NCBI RefSeq assembly: GCF_900187275.1
Contig: NZ_LT906458.1
Coordinates: forward strand, 2,220,001-2,252,000
Direction: 5' to 3'
Source of the DNA: Pasteurella multocida
GTDB lineage: Bacteria > Pseudomonadota > Gammaproteobacteria > Enterobacterales > Pasteurellaceae
Length of the DNA: 32,000 bases
Within the stretch, counting starts at the first letter, position 1. Each line of letters opens with the position of its first letter. Below are positions 1 to 11,358 of the stretch, piece after piece. The notes beneath the pieces were generated by a model. It ran no database searches and was not told where the DNA came from. It saw only the letters and a list, made by a program, of their open reading frames with translations. Position numbers and translations under genes: made by a program.

Positions 1-2555
1 CCCGGTACATAGATGGTTTTCACAATGTTTAAACCTTCTAAGTGTTTGGCTACATTGCTATCTGCTAATGCGACTTGCTTGATATCGTCTTCTGACATTT
101 CTGCAGGGACGGTCACTTTGGCACGCACTTTACCATTCACTTGTACCACAACCAATTTTTCATCGTCAACCATCGCTGCTGCATCGGCTTCTACCCAAGG
201 GGCAAAGTCAATCGCTTCTGTATTACCTAAGTCTTTCCATAATTGGAAACAAATATGTGGTGTGATTGGGTAAAGCATACGTACGACGGCACTTAATGCT
301 TCTGCCATAATCGCGCGATCTTGTACTTCCACTAATGGCGCTTTAGTTAATTTATTCATTAATTCCATAATCGCGGCAATGGCAGTATTGAAGGTTTGAC
401 GACGACCGATATCATCACTCACTTTAGCAATCGTTTTGTGTACATCACGACGTAAAGCTTTTTGTGCGCTTGAAAGTGCGGTCGGTTCTACGGCAGTTTC
501 TGCGGGATGTTTGTTATATTCAAACACGAGATTCCATAAACGTCCTAAGAAACGTTTTGCCCCTTCGACGCCTGATTCTTGCCATTCAAGGGTCATTTCT
601 GCTGGTGACGCGAACATCATGAATAAACGCACGGTATCCGCACCGTATTTTTCCACCATTTCTTGTGGGTCAATGCCGTTATTTTTCGATTTTGACATTT
701 TGGTCATGCCAGAATGCACTAATTCACGTTCCTCTTTGTCGTAGGCTTTTAAAATACGCCCTTTTTCATCACGTTCAAGGGTCACTTCCGTTGGGGACAC
801 CCAAATACGCTCATTGGTTGGTGAGGTGTAGTAGAATGCATCGGCTAACACCATGCCTTGGCACAATAATTTGTCTGCGGGCTCATCGCTCGTGACAAAA
901 CCTGCATCACGCAATAATTTGTGGAAGAAACGGAAGTACAACAAGTGCATGGTGGCGTGTTCAATTCCGCCGATATATTGATCCACGGGTAACCAATAGT
1001 TTGCTTCGTCCGCATCTAACATGGCTTCCGCAAATTTTGGTGAGGTATAACGGGCGTAATACCATGAAGACTCCATGAAAGTATCAAAGGTATCCGTTTC
1101 TTTCAGTGCTGGCTGACCGTTGTAAGTGGTTTTTGCCCATTCTGGATCGGCTTTAATTGGACTTTTCACGCCGTCCATCACCACATCTTCTGGTAATTCA
1201 ATTGGCAGATCTTGCAATGGCGCAGGCACCACCTCACCATTTTCTAAGGTAAGCATTGGAATTGGCGCTCCCCAGTAACGTTGACGAGAAACACCCCAGT
1301 CACGTAAGCGGTAATTCACTTGACGTTTTCCTTTGCCAAGCGCTTCTAATTTGTCTGCGATCGCATTAAATGCGGCATCAAAGTCTAGACCATTAAATTC
1401 ACCTGAATTAAACAAAATACCATGCTCACAATAAGGTAATTCATGTTCAAGTAAAGGCTCACCATTAATCGGCTTAATGACATTAAGCAGTGGTAAACCA
1501 TATTTACGAGCGAACTCAGCATCACGTTCATCGTGTCCAGGCACTGCCATTACTGCCCCGGTACCGTAGTGCATTAACACAAAGTTAGCCACCCAGACCG
1601 GCACTTTTTCCCCTGTTAATGGATGAATGGCATACACACCAGTCGCCATGCCTTTTTTCTCCATTGTGGCAAGCTCAGCTTCAGCCACTTTGGTATTTTT
1701 GCATTCTTGAATAAATTGGGCTAATTCAGGATTATTTTCTGCCGCTTTTTCTGCTAAAGGATGTGCAGCGGCCACGGCCACATAAGAGACGCCAAAGAAG
1801 GTATCTGGACGTGTCGTATAAACGGTTAAATTGTCTTCTGAATTGGCTAACTGGAAGGTGATTTCCACCCCTTCAGAACGCCCGATCCAGTTACGTTGCA
1901 TGGTTTTTACTTGATCTGGCCATGATGGAAGGTGATCTAACCCGCCTAATAATTGTTCGGCATAATCTGTGATTTTGATAAACCATTGTGGAATTTCTTT
2001 TTGTTCTACTGGGGTATCACAACGCCAGCAGCAACCTTCATGCACTTGTTCGTTGGCTAAGACAGTTTCATCATTCGGACACCAGTTTACTGTTGAGGTT
2101 TTTTTGTACACTAATCCTTTTTTATATAACTCAGTGAAGAACCATTGTTCCCATTTGTAGTAGTCGGGTTTACAAGTGGTCACTTCACGATCCCAGTCAA
2201 AACCAAAGCCCAAAATTTTGAGCTGATTTTTCATATAATCAATATTCTCGTAGGTCCATTTTGCGGGTGCCGTTTTGTTTTTGATCGCTGCGCCTTCTGC
2301 GGGCAAACCAAAAGCGTCCCAGCCCATCGGTTGTAACACATTTTTGCCGTTCATACGTTGATAACGTGACACCACATCACCAATGGTGTAGTTACGCACA
2401 TGTCCCATGTGCAGACGACCAGAGGGGTAAGGGAACATTGAGAGGCAGTAATATTTCGGTTTATTAGTATCTTTAATCGCTTTAAATGTTTTATTTTCAG
2501 CCCAGTATTGTTGAACTTCCGCTTCAATCAAATCGGGACGGTATTGTTCTTGCAT
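1..2555 (-). CDS. leuS: leucyl-tRNA synthetase; the last ~8-10 codons lie beyond the window start
   Basis: Absent from the ORF track because there is no stop in the window. Manual minus-strand translation from ATG 2555-2553 gives [52 protein letters not shown], which includes the class-I HIGH motif (HMGH). The frame is still open at nt 1 and reads ...[43 protein letters not shown], a typical LeuS C-terminus. Confidence 0.95.
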   Translation of the reverse strand, partial: MQEQYRPDLIEAEVQQYWAENKTFKAIKDTNKPKYYCLSMFPYPSGRLHMGHVRNYTIGDVVSRYQRMNGKNVLQPMGWDAFGLPAEGAAIKNKTAPAKWTYENIDYMKNQLKILGFGFDWDREVTTCKPDYYKWEQWFFTELYKKGLVYKKTSTVNWCPNDETVLANEQVHEGCCWRCDTPVEQKEIPQWFIKITDYAEQLLGGLDHLPSWPDQVKTMQRNWIGRSEGVEITFQLANSEDNLTVYTTRPDTFFGVSYVAVAAAHPLAEKAAENNPELAQFIQECKNTKVAEAELATMEKKGMATGVYAIHPLTGEKVPVWVANFVLMHYGTGAVMAVPGHDERDAEFARKYGLPLLNVIKPINGEPLLEHELPYCEHGILFNSGEFNGLDFDAAFNAIADKLEALGKGKRQVNYRLRDWGVSRQRYWGAPIPMLTLENGEVVPAPLQDLPIELPEDVVMDGVKSPIKADPEWAKTTYNGQPALKETDTFDTFMESSWYYARYTSPKFAEAMLDADEANYWLPVDQYIGGIEHATMHLLYFRFFHKLLRDAGFVTSDEPADKLLCQGMVLADAFYYTSPTNERIWVSPTEVTLERDEKGRILKAYDKEERELVHSGMTKMSKSKNNGIDPQEMVEKYGADTVRLFMMFASPAEMTLEWQESGVEGAKRFLGRLWNLVFEYNKHPAETAVEPTALSSAQKALRRDVHKTIAKVSDDIGRRQTFNTAIAAIMELMNKLTKAPLVEVQDRAIMAEALSAVVRMLYPITPHICFQLWKDLGNTEAIDFAPWVEADAAAMVDDEKLVVVQVNGKVRAKVTVPAEMSEDDIKQVALADSNVAKHLEGLNIVKTIYVP
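474..482 (+). repeat. uptake signal sequence (USS) core AAGTGCGGT, inside leuS
   Basis: Exact 9-mer read on the + strand. Confidence 0.9.
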
Positions 2556-2574
2556 AATGTTACCTTTGATTTTA

Positions 2575-2583
2575 ACCGCACTT
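2575..2583 (-). repeat. USS core (ACCGCACTT on the + strand) in the leuS 5' leader
   Basis: Exact 9-mer, 20 nt upstream of the leuS ATG. Confidence 0.9.
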
Positions 2584-2769
2584 TGCGGGACGAATTTACT
2601 TAAGAAAATGTGATATAGGATAGCGTAAAATTGCGAAAATTGACAGTGAAAAGCATGATAAAGTTAGGGAAAAGTCGCTTATTTTATTGGAAATAAAGAG
2701 AGTATACTGGTTAACATCACGCCAGTTTGGGGGGAAGTAAACATAACTGTGTACGTTTTGTTTCCTCAT

Positions 2770-2799
2770 AAAAATCCACCTAAAGTGCGGTGGATTTTT
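2770..2799 (-). terminator. rho-independent terminator after the merP-like gene, with a USS in the loop
   Basis: AAAAATCCACC (2770-2780) pairs with GGTGGATTTTT (2789-2799). The 8-nt loop overlaps the USS core at 2783-2791. It lies 10 nt downstream of the stop at 2810. A/T runs on both sides mean it could act in both directions. Confidence 0.6.
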
Positions 2800-2809
2800 A
2801 TGTGGTTTT

Positions 2810-3115
2810 TTAAGGATGTTGATTGAGAATTTCTGGGGTGTATTTCAGCTTATGAATGGCGTCAATAAAGTGCTGATTATCCACAGACTGTTTTGCCACA
2901 ATATTGACTACGCGATCTTTAAAATTGGCTTTAGTGGACATCACGCCTTCAATCTCTCGTAATTCTTTATTGACTAAATACACACAAAGCTGGCAAGTCA
3001 TCTCTTTAATCTGAATGGAAACCTGTTTCTCGTCTGGATTCAGGCTCGGTGTTGCGGCATAACTCAAATTAAATAGTGAGAATAGAAATAAAAATAGACC
3101 GAGAATGTTTTTCAT
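2810..3115 (-). CDS. periplasmic heavy-metal-binding (HMA domain) protein, MerP-like
   Basis: 101 aa from ATG 3115; the track ORF starts one codon earlier at GTG 3118. AAGGAA Shine-Dalgarno (SD) sequence upstream. Signal peptide MKNILGLFLFLFSLFNLSYA. Single HMA fold with the metal-binding motif MTCQLC (MxCxxC). Confidence 0.75.
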   Translation of the reverse strand: MKNILGLFLFLFSLFNLSYAATPSLNPDEKQVSIQIKEMTCQLCVYLVNKELREIEGVMSTKANFKDRVVNIVAKQSVDNQHFIDAIHKLKYTPEILNQHP

Positions 3116-3124
3116 CACAGTTCC

Positions 3125-3478
3125 TTATGCTAAAAAGTAAGGCAACAACGTGGGATAAAATAAGAAAAACAGCATGAGTACAAACATAACGCTGTATAAC
3201 CCAATCAAGCCTTTACGTGAGAAGTATTTAGTGCAGAGCATTTTCTTGGAAAAGGTGAGCAACCAGAAACCATAGCCAAACGAGATCAAGGCGATGATTA
3301 ACATCGGTAAGCGTAAATATTCCAGCTCATTGAGGCTCACTAACCAAGAAGATGACACACCAAACACCAGATACACCAATGGTGCAATGCAGCAGAGTGT
3401 CGAGGTCACGGCAGCAATCACTGCCGTGACGCCACTGGCAATCAAGCTTTTACTGGCGTTGTTGTGCTTTGAATTCAT
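3125..3478 (-). CDS. MerT-like membrane transport protein
   Basis: 117 aa from ATG 3478; the track ORF starts at TTG 3499. It has about three hydrophobic helices. The vicinal Cys pair in helix 1 ([16 protein letters not shown]) aligns with MerT ...ACCLGPLVLIALG, followed by W..L..LE..R as in MerT. Only one later Cys (MLCTKY) is present instead of the second MerT Cys pair. Confidence 0.65.
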   Translation of the reverse strand: MNSKHNNASKSLIASGVTAVIAAVTSTLCCIAPLVYLVFGVSSSWLVSLNELEYLRLPMLIIALISFGYGFWLLTFSKKMLCTKYFSRKGLIGLYSVMFVLMLFFLFYPTLLPYFLA

Positions 3479-4556
3479 AGCCGAATGCTTTTGGATCAAA
3501 AGAGTTTAATGGATCACCGCCCACTTCTGCATACGGATAACCAAAGTTATTCAGAGGCGCGATTTCTGGCATTGGATACAGATCAAAATCACGTGCGTGA
3601 TTATAAGCAATCCAATTCATTTCCCAGTTACCAAATAAGTAATTTGATACTGCTTGCGTATCGGGATCATTAACGGCTTTGTTTTCGGCTAAACGCATCT
3701 TGGTCACATCAGCAGAATCCACAGGTACCCAACCAAAGCCGGCTAAATAAAATTCTGCACGGCAATGTTGTCCGCCACTGACATTCGCCAGTTTGTTTTC
3801 ATCAGCACTACCAAAAGCCCCTTTAGAATATTTGCCCATTTTCACCGCTTGTCCTAAGCGTACACCAAAAATCTCACGGGCAGGAATACCTGACGCACGT
3901 GCCAAGGCGACAAAGACGGAGTTAATGTCGGTACATTTTCCTTTTAACACGCCGGTTGTTAAGATTTTTTCCACATCCCCGTCACCACAACCTAGAACAG
4001 AATTATCCCGTTCCATATTGTTAACGATCCATTGGTGGATACGTTCTGCTTTTTTCAGTGGATTACTTTCTTGACCTACGATTTTATCGGCATAGTCTTT
4101 TACGATACCGTCTGTTTTGATGTGGGCAGTAGGTTTTAAGTATTCCAATACATCAACGGAATAGTGAATTTTTTCAGGTGGTTGATAGCCTTGTAATACC
4201 CCTTGTTGCATCGGTTCACGATCTTGGGTTTCCAGCACTAATTTGATGGTTAAAGCACGTTTGTTGGCATTTTCATCCCAATTGGCAAACAAGGTTTTTG
4301 CACCATAACGGTTATTTTCCGTGATATAGGCGGTGTTGTAGTTGCCTTCAAATTGGATGGATTTAACGGTTTGGTAATCTGCATTAAAAGGTAAGGGTAC
4401 CCATAAATTGGTTTCACCGTGCGATCCTTTCGGCACAACCAAATCAAAGGATTTAGTCAGTTCGTAAGTATGGGTTTCAGTCAAAGTATTTGGGATTGTT
4501 GTTGCGAAGGCAACGGTAGAGTAGCCCACAATGAGTGCGATAAGTCGTTTTTTCAT
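3450..4556 (-). CDS. secreted transglutaminase-like (Cys-His-Asp) protein
   Basis: 368 aa from ATG 4556, with an AGGA SD upstream; the track ORF starts at 4601. Signal peptide [18 protein letters not shown]. Transglutaminase-core residues are [10 protein letters not shown] (Cys), [10 protein letters not shown] (His) and WVPVDSAD (Asp). The 3' end overlaps the merT-like start by 29 nt. Confidence 0.75.
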   Translation of the reverse strand: MKKRLIALIVGYSTVAFATTIPNTLTETHTYELTKSFDLVVPKGSHGETNLWVPLPFNADYQTVKSIQFEGNYNTAYITENNRYGAKTLFANWDENANKRALTIKLVLETQDREPMQQGVLQGYQPPEKIHYSVDVLEYLKPTAHIKTDGIVKDYADKIVGQESNPLKKAERIHQWIVNNMERDNSVLGCGDGDVEKILTTGVLKGKCTDINSVFVALARASGIPAREIFGVRLGQAVKMGKYSKGAFGSADENKLANVSGGQHCRAEFYLAGFGWVPVDSADVTKMRLAENKAVNDPDTQAVSNYLFGNWEMNWIAYNHARDFDLYPMPEIAPLNNFGYPYAEVGGDPLNSFDPKAFGYEFKAQQRQ

Positions 4557-4676
4557 GGAATTGTCCTGTGTAGATAGATAAACATAACATGTTATATGCA
4601 TCTTGCTTATTCAGTTTTAACAATGAATAAACGTGGCACAGGTTACCTGAAAACGAATAGGAAATAAACAGATTAA

Positions 4677-5504
4677 TTAAAAATCGCGATAATTTTTTAC
4701 CGCACGTTGGCTAAAGTATTGTTTGTCTTCCCAACGTAACATAGTCATGTGATTACCCCAGACACAACCTGTATCCAACGCATAGATATTGTTTGGAGTT
4801 GTCGTATTGACTAGACTTGCCCAATGTCCAAACACAATGGGGATTGTTTGATAAAGTGGGTTGGCTAAATTAAACCAAGGCGTGAGCTCTTCTGGGGCGG
4901 ATTCTGGTGGCAGCTTACAGTCGAAATCTAAGCGGTGATCCCAATAGCAAAAACGCATACGGGTAAAGACATTAATGCTATACCGTAAACGATCTAAAAC
5001 TTGTAAATCATCATGCCAACGATCAGGGCGATTGTCATACATATTTTCAATTAAATTGTGGTAATCACCATGACGTAGCACGTTTTCCACTTCGTGCGCA
5101 CATTGTTTCGCCGTGGCAAGATCCCAATCCGGCGAAATGCCGGCATGGGTCATTAAAAAGTTCTGTTGCTCATTGTGTACAAGTAAAGGTTGATGACGTA
5201 GCCAATCAATTAATTCTTCAAAATCAGGAGCATGAAAAATGGCATCCACTCGATCTCTCACTTTCACTTTTTTAATACCCAGTGCAGTGGAAATCAAGTG
5301 TAAATCATGGTTGCCTAACACCGTTTTGGCAGATTTACCCAGAGATTTGACAAAGCGCAAGCATTCGAGAGATTTATCCCCGCGTGCCACTAAATCCCCA
5401 ACCAAATAAAGTTGATCTTGTGTTGAATCGAACTGCACTTTTTCCAGTAAACGTTGCAATTCATCGTAACAACCCTGTAAATCGCCTACTAAATATGTTG
5501 CCAT
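4677..5504 (-). CDS. apaH: bis(5'-nucleosyl)-tetraphosphatase, symmetrical
   Basis: 275 aa. N-terminus [20 protein letters not shown] and metallophosphatase motifs GDLVARG and GNHD. Sits in the conserved surA-rsmA-apaH context. Confidence 0.95.
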   Translation of the reverse strand: MATYLVGDLQGCYDELQRLLEKVQFDSTQDQLYLVGDLVARGDKSLECLRFVKSLGKSAKTVLGNHDLHLISTALGIKKVKVRDRVDAIFHAPDFEELIDWLRHQPLLVHNEQQNFLMTHAGISPDWDLATAKQCAHEVENVLRHGDYHNLIENMYDNRPDRWHDDLQVLDRLRYSINVFTRMRFCYWDHRLDFDCKLPPESAPEELTPWFNLANPLYQTIPIVFGHWASLVNTTTPNNIYALDTGCVWGNHMTMLRWEDKQYFSQRAVKNYRDF

Positions 5505-5510
5505 TTTTAC

Positions 5511-5519
5511 ACCGCACTT
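5511..5519 (-). repeat. USS core between rsmA and apaH
   Basis: Exact ACCGCACTT on the + strand. Confidence 0.9.
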
Positions 5520-5525
5520 ATGCCA

Positions 5526-6392
5526 TTAATCGTCTAGATGTTCAATCATTTCGTCTTTGTTAACATCGGCTGGTGGATTGTCTGTTAACCAGTTAGCTAA
5601 GCGTGCATAATCAGCGATCGATAAGTTTTCCGCGCGTGCGGTGAGATCGATACCCAATTCCGTTAATTGATCCGCACTAAATAAAGTTGATAACGCATTG
5701 CGTAAAGTTTTACGGCGTTGATTAAAAGCTTGGCTACATACGCGGTTTAACCAATATAAGTCTTTCACGGGATGCGGTAATACTTTGTGTGGTACTAAGC
5801 GTACAACAGCAGAATCCACTTTCGGCGCGGGTTTAAATGCCGTCGGCGGTACTTCAAGTACCGGCATCACTTGGCAGAAATATTGCGCCATAATGGTTAA
5901 GCGCCCATAAGCTTTGCTGTTTGGACCTGCACATAAACGTTTTACCACTTCTTTTTGCAACATAAAGTGCATGTCCTGAATGCAATCGTGATATTTAAAT
6001 AAGTGGAACATTAATGGGGTCGAAATGTTGTAAGGTAAGTTACCAAACACTCGCATTTTTTGCTTTTTTTCTGCTAAATTTGCATCACGATAAAGCTGTC
6101 CAAAATCAAACTGCATCGCATCTGTTTCAATCACGGTGATTTTATGGTGCAAGAACGGGTGGTGGCGTAAACGCTCAGCTAAATCACGGTCTAATTCCAC
6201 CACGGTTAAATGATCGACCAATTCGCCCACAGGCTCAGTTAATGCCCCTAAACCGGGACCGATCTCCACTAAAAATTGATCTTTTTGGGGATAAATCGCG
6301 GAAACAATGCCATGAATGACATTATTATCATGTAAAAAGTTTTGTCCGAAACGTTTACGGGCGGTATGACCTAAATGTTTTTTTGAATTCAT
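5526..6392 (-). CDS. rsmA: 16S rRNA (adenine1518/1519-N6)-dimethyltransferase
   Basis: 288 aa from ATG 6392 ([20 protein letters not shown]); the track ORF starts at 6416. SAM motif [11 protein letters not shown]. Confidence 0.93.
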   Translation of the reverse strand: MNSKKHLGHTARKRFGQNFLHDNNVIHGIVSAIYPQKDQFLVEIGPGLGALTEPVGELVDHLTVVELDRDLAERLRHHPFLHHKITVIETDAMQFDFGQLYRDANLAEKKQKMRVFGNLPYNISTPLMFHLFKYHDCIQDMHFMLQKEVVKRLCAGPNSKAYGRLTIMAQYFCQVMPVLEVPPTAFKPAPKVDSAVVRLVPHKVLPHPVKDLYWLNRVCSQAFNQRRKTLRNALSTLFSADQLTELGIDLTARAENLSIADYARLANWLTDNPPADVNKDEMIEHLDD

Positions 6393-6429
6393 ATTTTCTC
6401 GATTAATGGTTCGCACAATGCGATATCAA

Positions 6430-6438
6430 AAGTGCGGT
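6430..6438 (+). repeat. USS core between surA and rsmA
   Basis: Exact AAGTGCGGT. Confidence 0.9.
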
Positions 6439-6450
6439 CTATTATAAAGC

Positions 6451-6478
6451 AAAATCCCAGCATTTGGGCTGGGATTTT
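6451..6478 (-). terminator. rho-independent terminator downstream of surA
   Basis: AAAATCCCAGC (6451-6461) pairs with GCTGGGATTTT (6468-6478) around a 6-nt loop. It lies 17 nt after the surA stop. Confidence 0.65.
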
Positions 6479-6494
6479 AAGTTTTATTGATTTG

Positions 6495-7430
6495 CTATTT
6501 TAGATAACGAATTTCTGCGTTTTTACGTAATGCCTTGACCCAATCTTTTTCCACATCTTTAACTTGTTGATTTACTAACTGTTCATAGGCTTTTTGGCGA
6601 TAGACATCAATCGTTTTATCCCCTTCACGAGTGTTGGTCACTTCTAAAATATGCCAACCAAATTCGGTTTTAAATGGGGCAGAAATCACACCTTTTTTCG
6701 TTGTCAGAATCGCTTTTTGGAATGCGCCCACATAGGCCTCAGGGAAGGCAAAGCCTAGGCTACCGCCATTGGCACCAGAAAGGTAATCTTTCGAATAGTG
6801 TAACGCCGCATCGGCAAAGCTCATTTTACCCGCAATAATATCGGCACGAATTTGGGTTAATTGTGCTTTTGCTTGTGCATCATTTAATAACGGGTTTAAT
6901 TTTAACAGAATATGTCTTACTTCATATTGTGGGGCAGAAATTTTCTTTTCTGTTCCTGCTTGTTTTGCTTGATTTAGCAGTTGTTTACTCAAGGCTTCAA
7001 CTTGCTCTCGAGTCACATCAATACTTTGTCCAATCGCTTGGTTACGGATTTCTCCCATTAAGATTTGATTAGCAATTTGTTGACGATAAGCATTGTAGCT
7101 AATGCCTTGATAATCTAAGGCATCCAATAATTGTCCATAAGTCAAGCCATTTTGTGCAGCAATGCCTTCAATGATTTGATCGACTTGTGCATAATTGACT
7201 TTAATGCCTGAATTTTGAATGGCTTGTTGCACTAAAATATCATCAATCACTTTATCCAAAGCAACTTGATATTGACCTTTTTTCCCCATATTTTTTTTGA
7301 CTTGGCTTTCTAACACTGGCACACCATTAACGGTGGCAACAACGCGTTCTGCGGCCTGCGCAGTAGAAACATAGATAAAAAGCCCTAGTATTGCCCAGAA
7401 AATAGATTTTACATTAATCATTTTCATCAT
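6495..7430 (-). CDS. surA: periplasmic chaperone / peptidyl-prolyl isomerase SurA (short form with one parvulin domain)
   Basis: 311 aa. Signal peptide ...FIYVSTAQA. SurA N-terminal chaperone region plus a parvulin segment (RHILLK ... FGWHILEV). Located upstream of rsmA-apaH as in enterobacteria. Confidence 0.85.
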   Translation of the reverse strand: MMKMINVKSIFWAILGLFIYVSTAQAAERVVATVNGVPVLESQVKKNMGKKGQYQVALDKVIDDILVQQAIQNSGIKVNYAQVDQIIEGIAAQNGLTYGQLLDALDYQGISYNAYRQQIANQILMGEIRNQAIGQSIDVTREQVEALSKQLLNQAKQAGTEKKISAPQYEVRHILLKLNPLLNDAQAKAQLTQIRADIIAGKMSFADAALHYSKDYLSGANGGSLGFAFPEAYVGAFQKAILTTKKGVISAPFKTEFGWHILEVTNTREGDKTIDVYRQKAYEQLVNQQVKDVEKDWVKALRKNAEIRYLK

Positions 7431-7497
7431 CTATTCCATTATGTTGGTTAAAAATTACATTTGTTAGAGTATCAATTTTACAAAAGGTTCACAAACT

Positions 7498-8043
7498 TTA
7501 TTTTGTCGGCGAAAGTAGTGCAACTTCATAACAATTGTCGAACTTCAGGGTGCGCACTTGCACTTCTTCACTGCGACTGGTTGGAACGTTTTTACCGACA
7601 TAATCCGCGCGAATTGGCAGTTCACGGTGCCCTCTGTCCACAAAAATAACAAGCTCAATTTTTGCGGCACGACCGAAATCCACTAATGCATCGAGTGCTG
7701 CACGAATGGTTCTGCCGGTATAAAGTACGTCATCGACTAAAATCACTTCTTTATTGTGGATACTAATAAAACTGGAGGCACCGCTATAGGTAGGCGATTT
7801 GGAGTCAGGTTCAGCATATTCTAAATCATCACGGTAAAAGGTGATATCCAGATCAATTGAGGGTAACTCAACGTTTGCGAGGTCAGCAATTTTTTTCTTA
7901 ATTAACTCCGCAATTTCCGCACCACGTCGTTTAATGCCTACAATGACAATATTGTCTAAACGTTGGTGTTTTTCGATAATCTCGTGTGAAATACGGGAAA
8001 TGGTGCGGAGAAATTGGTTTTCATCAATAATGATTTTTTCCAT
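7498..8043 (-). CDS. pyrR: bifunctional pyrimidine regulatory protein / uracil phosphoribosyltransferase
   Basis: 181 aa. PRPP-binding loop VILVDDVLYTGRTIRAAL. N-terminus MEKIIIDENQFLRTISRISHEI is typical of PyrR. Confidence 0.9.
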   Translation of the reverse strand: MEKIIIDENQFLRTISRISHEIIEKHQRLDNIVIVGIKRRGAEIAELIKKKIADLANVELPSIDLDITFYRDDLEYAEPDSKSPTYSGASSFISIHNKEVILVDDVLYTGRTIRAALDALVDFGRAAKIELVIFVDRGHRELPIRADYVGKNVPTSRSEEVQVRTLKFDNCYEVALLSPTK

Positions 8044-8140
8044 AATATTGACCTACATATAGTGAAGAAATGTTGGCGTTAAAATAGCATAAAAGCCAAT
8101 AATCTCCTAGAGTGAAATCAGATACGGGAAACAACCTCAT

Positions 8141-8184
8141 AAAAAATAAACCGCACTTTCGGTAGGCGAAGAAAAAGTGCGGTG
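8141..8184 (-). terminator. his operon terminator formed by an inverted USS pair
   Basis: On the minus-strand RNA, ACCGCACTTT and AAAGTGCGGT form a 10-bp stem with a 14-nt loop, followed by TTATTTTTT. The USS cores are at 8150-8158 and 8175-8183. It starts 8 nt after the hisI stop. Confidence 0.75.
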
Positions 8185-8191
8185 CTTTTTG

Positions 8192-8797
8192 TTATTTTAT
8201 GTGACGTTCTTTTAATTTATGAATCACATCTGACCAGCTTAAATCGGCATCTTGCAACAAGACTGTTAAATGATAAACGAGATCCGCAGCCTCACAAATG
8301 GTTTCTGCTTTGTCTTTCACAGTTGCGGCAAGAGCGGTTTCCACCCCTTCTTCACCGACTTTTTGTGCAATGCGTTTAGTACCTTTAGCATACAGTTGTG
8401 CGGTATAAGAACTTGCAGGATCGGCACCTTTACGACTGGCAATTAAACGTTCTAATTTGCTCAAAAAAATCCAATCCGGCGGTGTTGTCTTTTCAAACTG
8501 ATAAAAACAGCTTTCCGCCCCAGTATGACAGGTTTCACCAATCGGATTGACTAGAATCAGTAGGGTATCGTTATCACAATCTAAACTCATATCCACTACG
8601 TTTAAAAAATGTCCAGAAGTTTCACCTTTTGTCCATAAACGGTTTTTGGTACGTGAAAAAAAGGTCACTCGTTTTTCCGCCAGCGTTTTTTCTAATGCCT
8701 CTTGATTCATATAACCGAGCATTAACACTTCACAAGTCGCCACGTTTTGGATAATGACGGGCAACAAATTATCGACTTTTTGCCAGTTGATCTTCAT
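8192..8797 (-). CDS. hisI: bifunctional phosphoribosyl-AMP cyclohydrolase / phosphoribosyl-ATP pyrophosphatase
   Basis: 201 aa. Cyclohydrolase half (...[33 protein letters not shown]) plus pyrophosphohydrolase half (...EEGVETALA...EAADLVYHL). GAGG SD sequence. Confidence 0.93.
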   Translation of the reverse strand: MKINWQKVDNLLPVIIQNVATCEVLMLGYMNQEALEKTLAEKRVTFFSRTKNRLWTKGETSGHFLNVVDMSLDCDNDTLLILVNPIGETCHTGAESCFYQFEKTTPPDWIFLSKLERLIASRKGADPASSYTAQLYAKGTKRIAQKVGEEGVETALAATVKDKAETICEAADLVYHLTVLLQDADLSWSDVIHKLKERHIK

Positions 8798-8809
8798 AGA
8801 TACCTCAAA

Positions 8810-9187
8810 TTAATTTCGTAGTTCTAAGTTACGTTTAACTCTCATTATTTGTTGTATAAACGCATCATTCAACCTTTCTTTAGTTAATTGATTTTTAGGG
8901 GTGCTTGCCCATCGATAGATTTGTTCTATACTCCCGTAGCCTCTACCAAATATTTTGGCGAATTTAAGACAATTTTTTTTCGTTGCAGGTAAAGAAAGGA
9001 TCAGTTCTAATTGATGATCATTCCATGGCTGACCTTTATTAACTGGAGTTCTGTCCGTTTTATCTTTTTCTATCTCATACTCTGTTAGTATTTTTTTGAT
9101 AAAATGAATTTTTTCATCATAATTTAAGTTATCAATATTATTACTAAGTAATTCTATAAAACTATTTTTGAATTCAGACTTTTTCAT
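8810..9187 (-). CDS. hypothetical 125-aa protein inserted between hisF and hisI; possible Myb/SANT-like three-helix DNA-binding C-terminus
   Basis: ATG 9187 is preceded by TAAGGT. It is AT-rich: hand counts on 60-nt lines give 17-40% G+C, mostly about 30%. W55/F76/W93 spacing within PWNDHQLELILSL...FAKIFGRGYGSIEQIYRW resembles a Myb-type repeat. I recognise no family. Confidence 0.6.
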   Translation of the reverse strand: MKKSEFKNSFIELLSNNIDNLNYDEKIHFIKKILTEYEIEKDKTDRTPVNKGQPWNDHQLELILSLPATKKNCLKFAKIFGRGYGSIEQIYRWASTPKNQLTKERLNDAFIQQIMRVKRNLELRN

Positions 9188-9220
9188 GAATTTACCTTAT
9201 TAATTTAGTTTAAATATTTT

Positions 9221-10767
<1,547 letters not shown>

Positions 10768-10768
<1 letters not shown>

Positions 10769-11358
10769 TATTTAATGTTTTCCACAAAATTACGCAAAAA
10801 TAACGCGCCTGCTTTGCCTGAACGCTCAGGGTGGAATTGTGCACCATAAAAATTGTTATGTTGGATTACTGCAGAAAATGGCACGCCATAGTCGCAGGTG
10901 GCGACAGTGTGTGGATTGGGCAACACGCCGTAGCTGTGCACAAAATAGAAATAGCTGTCTTGCTCAATGCCTGCAAATAACGGGTGATCGGCGACATAAT
11001 GCACCTTATTCCAGCCCATATGCGGTAATGGCAACTGACAATCCGGTAATTTTTCGGTTTTGCCTGACATCAGTTTTAATAAGTCCAAATTGCCTTCTTC
11101 GGAATAGTCGGTCATTAATTGCATTCCCAAACAAATCCCCAAAACAGGTTGAGTTAGGCTTTGGATAACCTCAATTAAGCCTAAATCCGCCAAATTTTGC
11201 ATCGCTGCTTTTGCCGTTCCCACACCAGGTAAAATCAACTTGTCGGTGGATTGGATTTGTTCGATATTATCGGTAATTTCTGCGCGATACCCTAAGCGGT
11301 CAAAAGCAAATTTGACGGAAGAAAGGTTAGCACAGCGGGTGTTGATGATGGTGATCAT
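10768..11358 (-). CDS. hisH: imidazole glycerol phosphate synthase, glutamine amidotransferase subunit
   Basis: 196 aa. Class-I GATase triad context (GICLGMQ ... FHPERS). Confidence 0.95.

Noticed and set aside
13-2336. Five + strand ORFs of 63-102 aa in the track (13-273, 436-744, 665-895, 1969-2160, 2145-2336).
   Set aside because: All lie antisense to, and inside, the continuous leuS reading frame on the minus strand. They have no SD sequences or recognisable motifs.
3450-3478. The 29-nt overlap between the transglutaminase-like and merT-like genes, considered as a sign of a frameshift or pseudogene.
   Set aside because: Both reading frames are full length with intact motifs, so the overlap is more simply explained by translational coupling. 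The alternative TTG start at 3499 would only lengthen the overlap.
4607-4630. Inverted repeat TTATTCA-N10-TGAATAA downstream of apaH, considered as a terminator.
   Set aside because: It is a 7-bp all-A/T stem with a large loop and no following T run on the minus strand.
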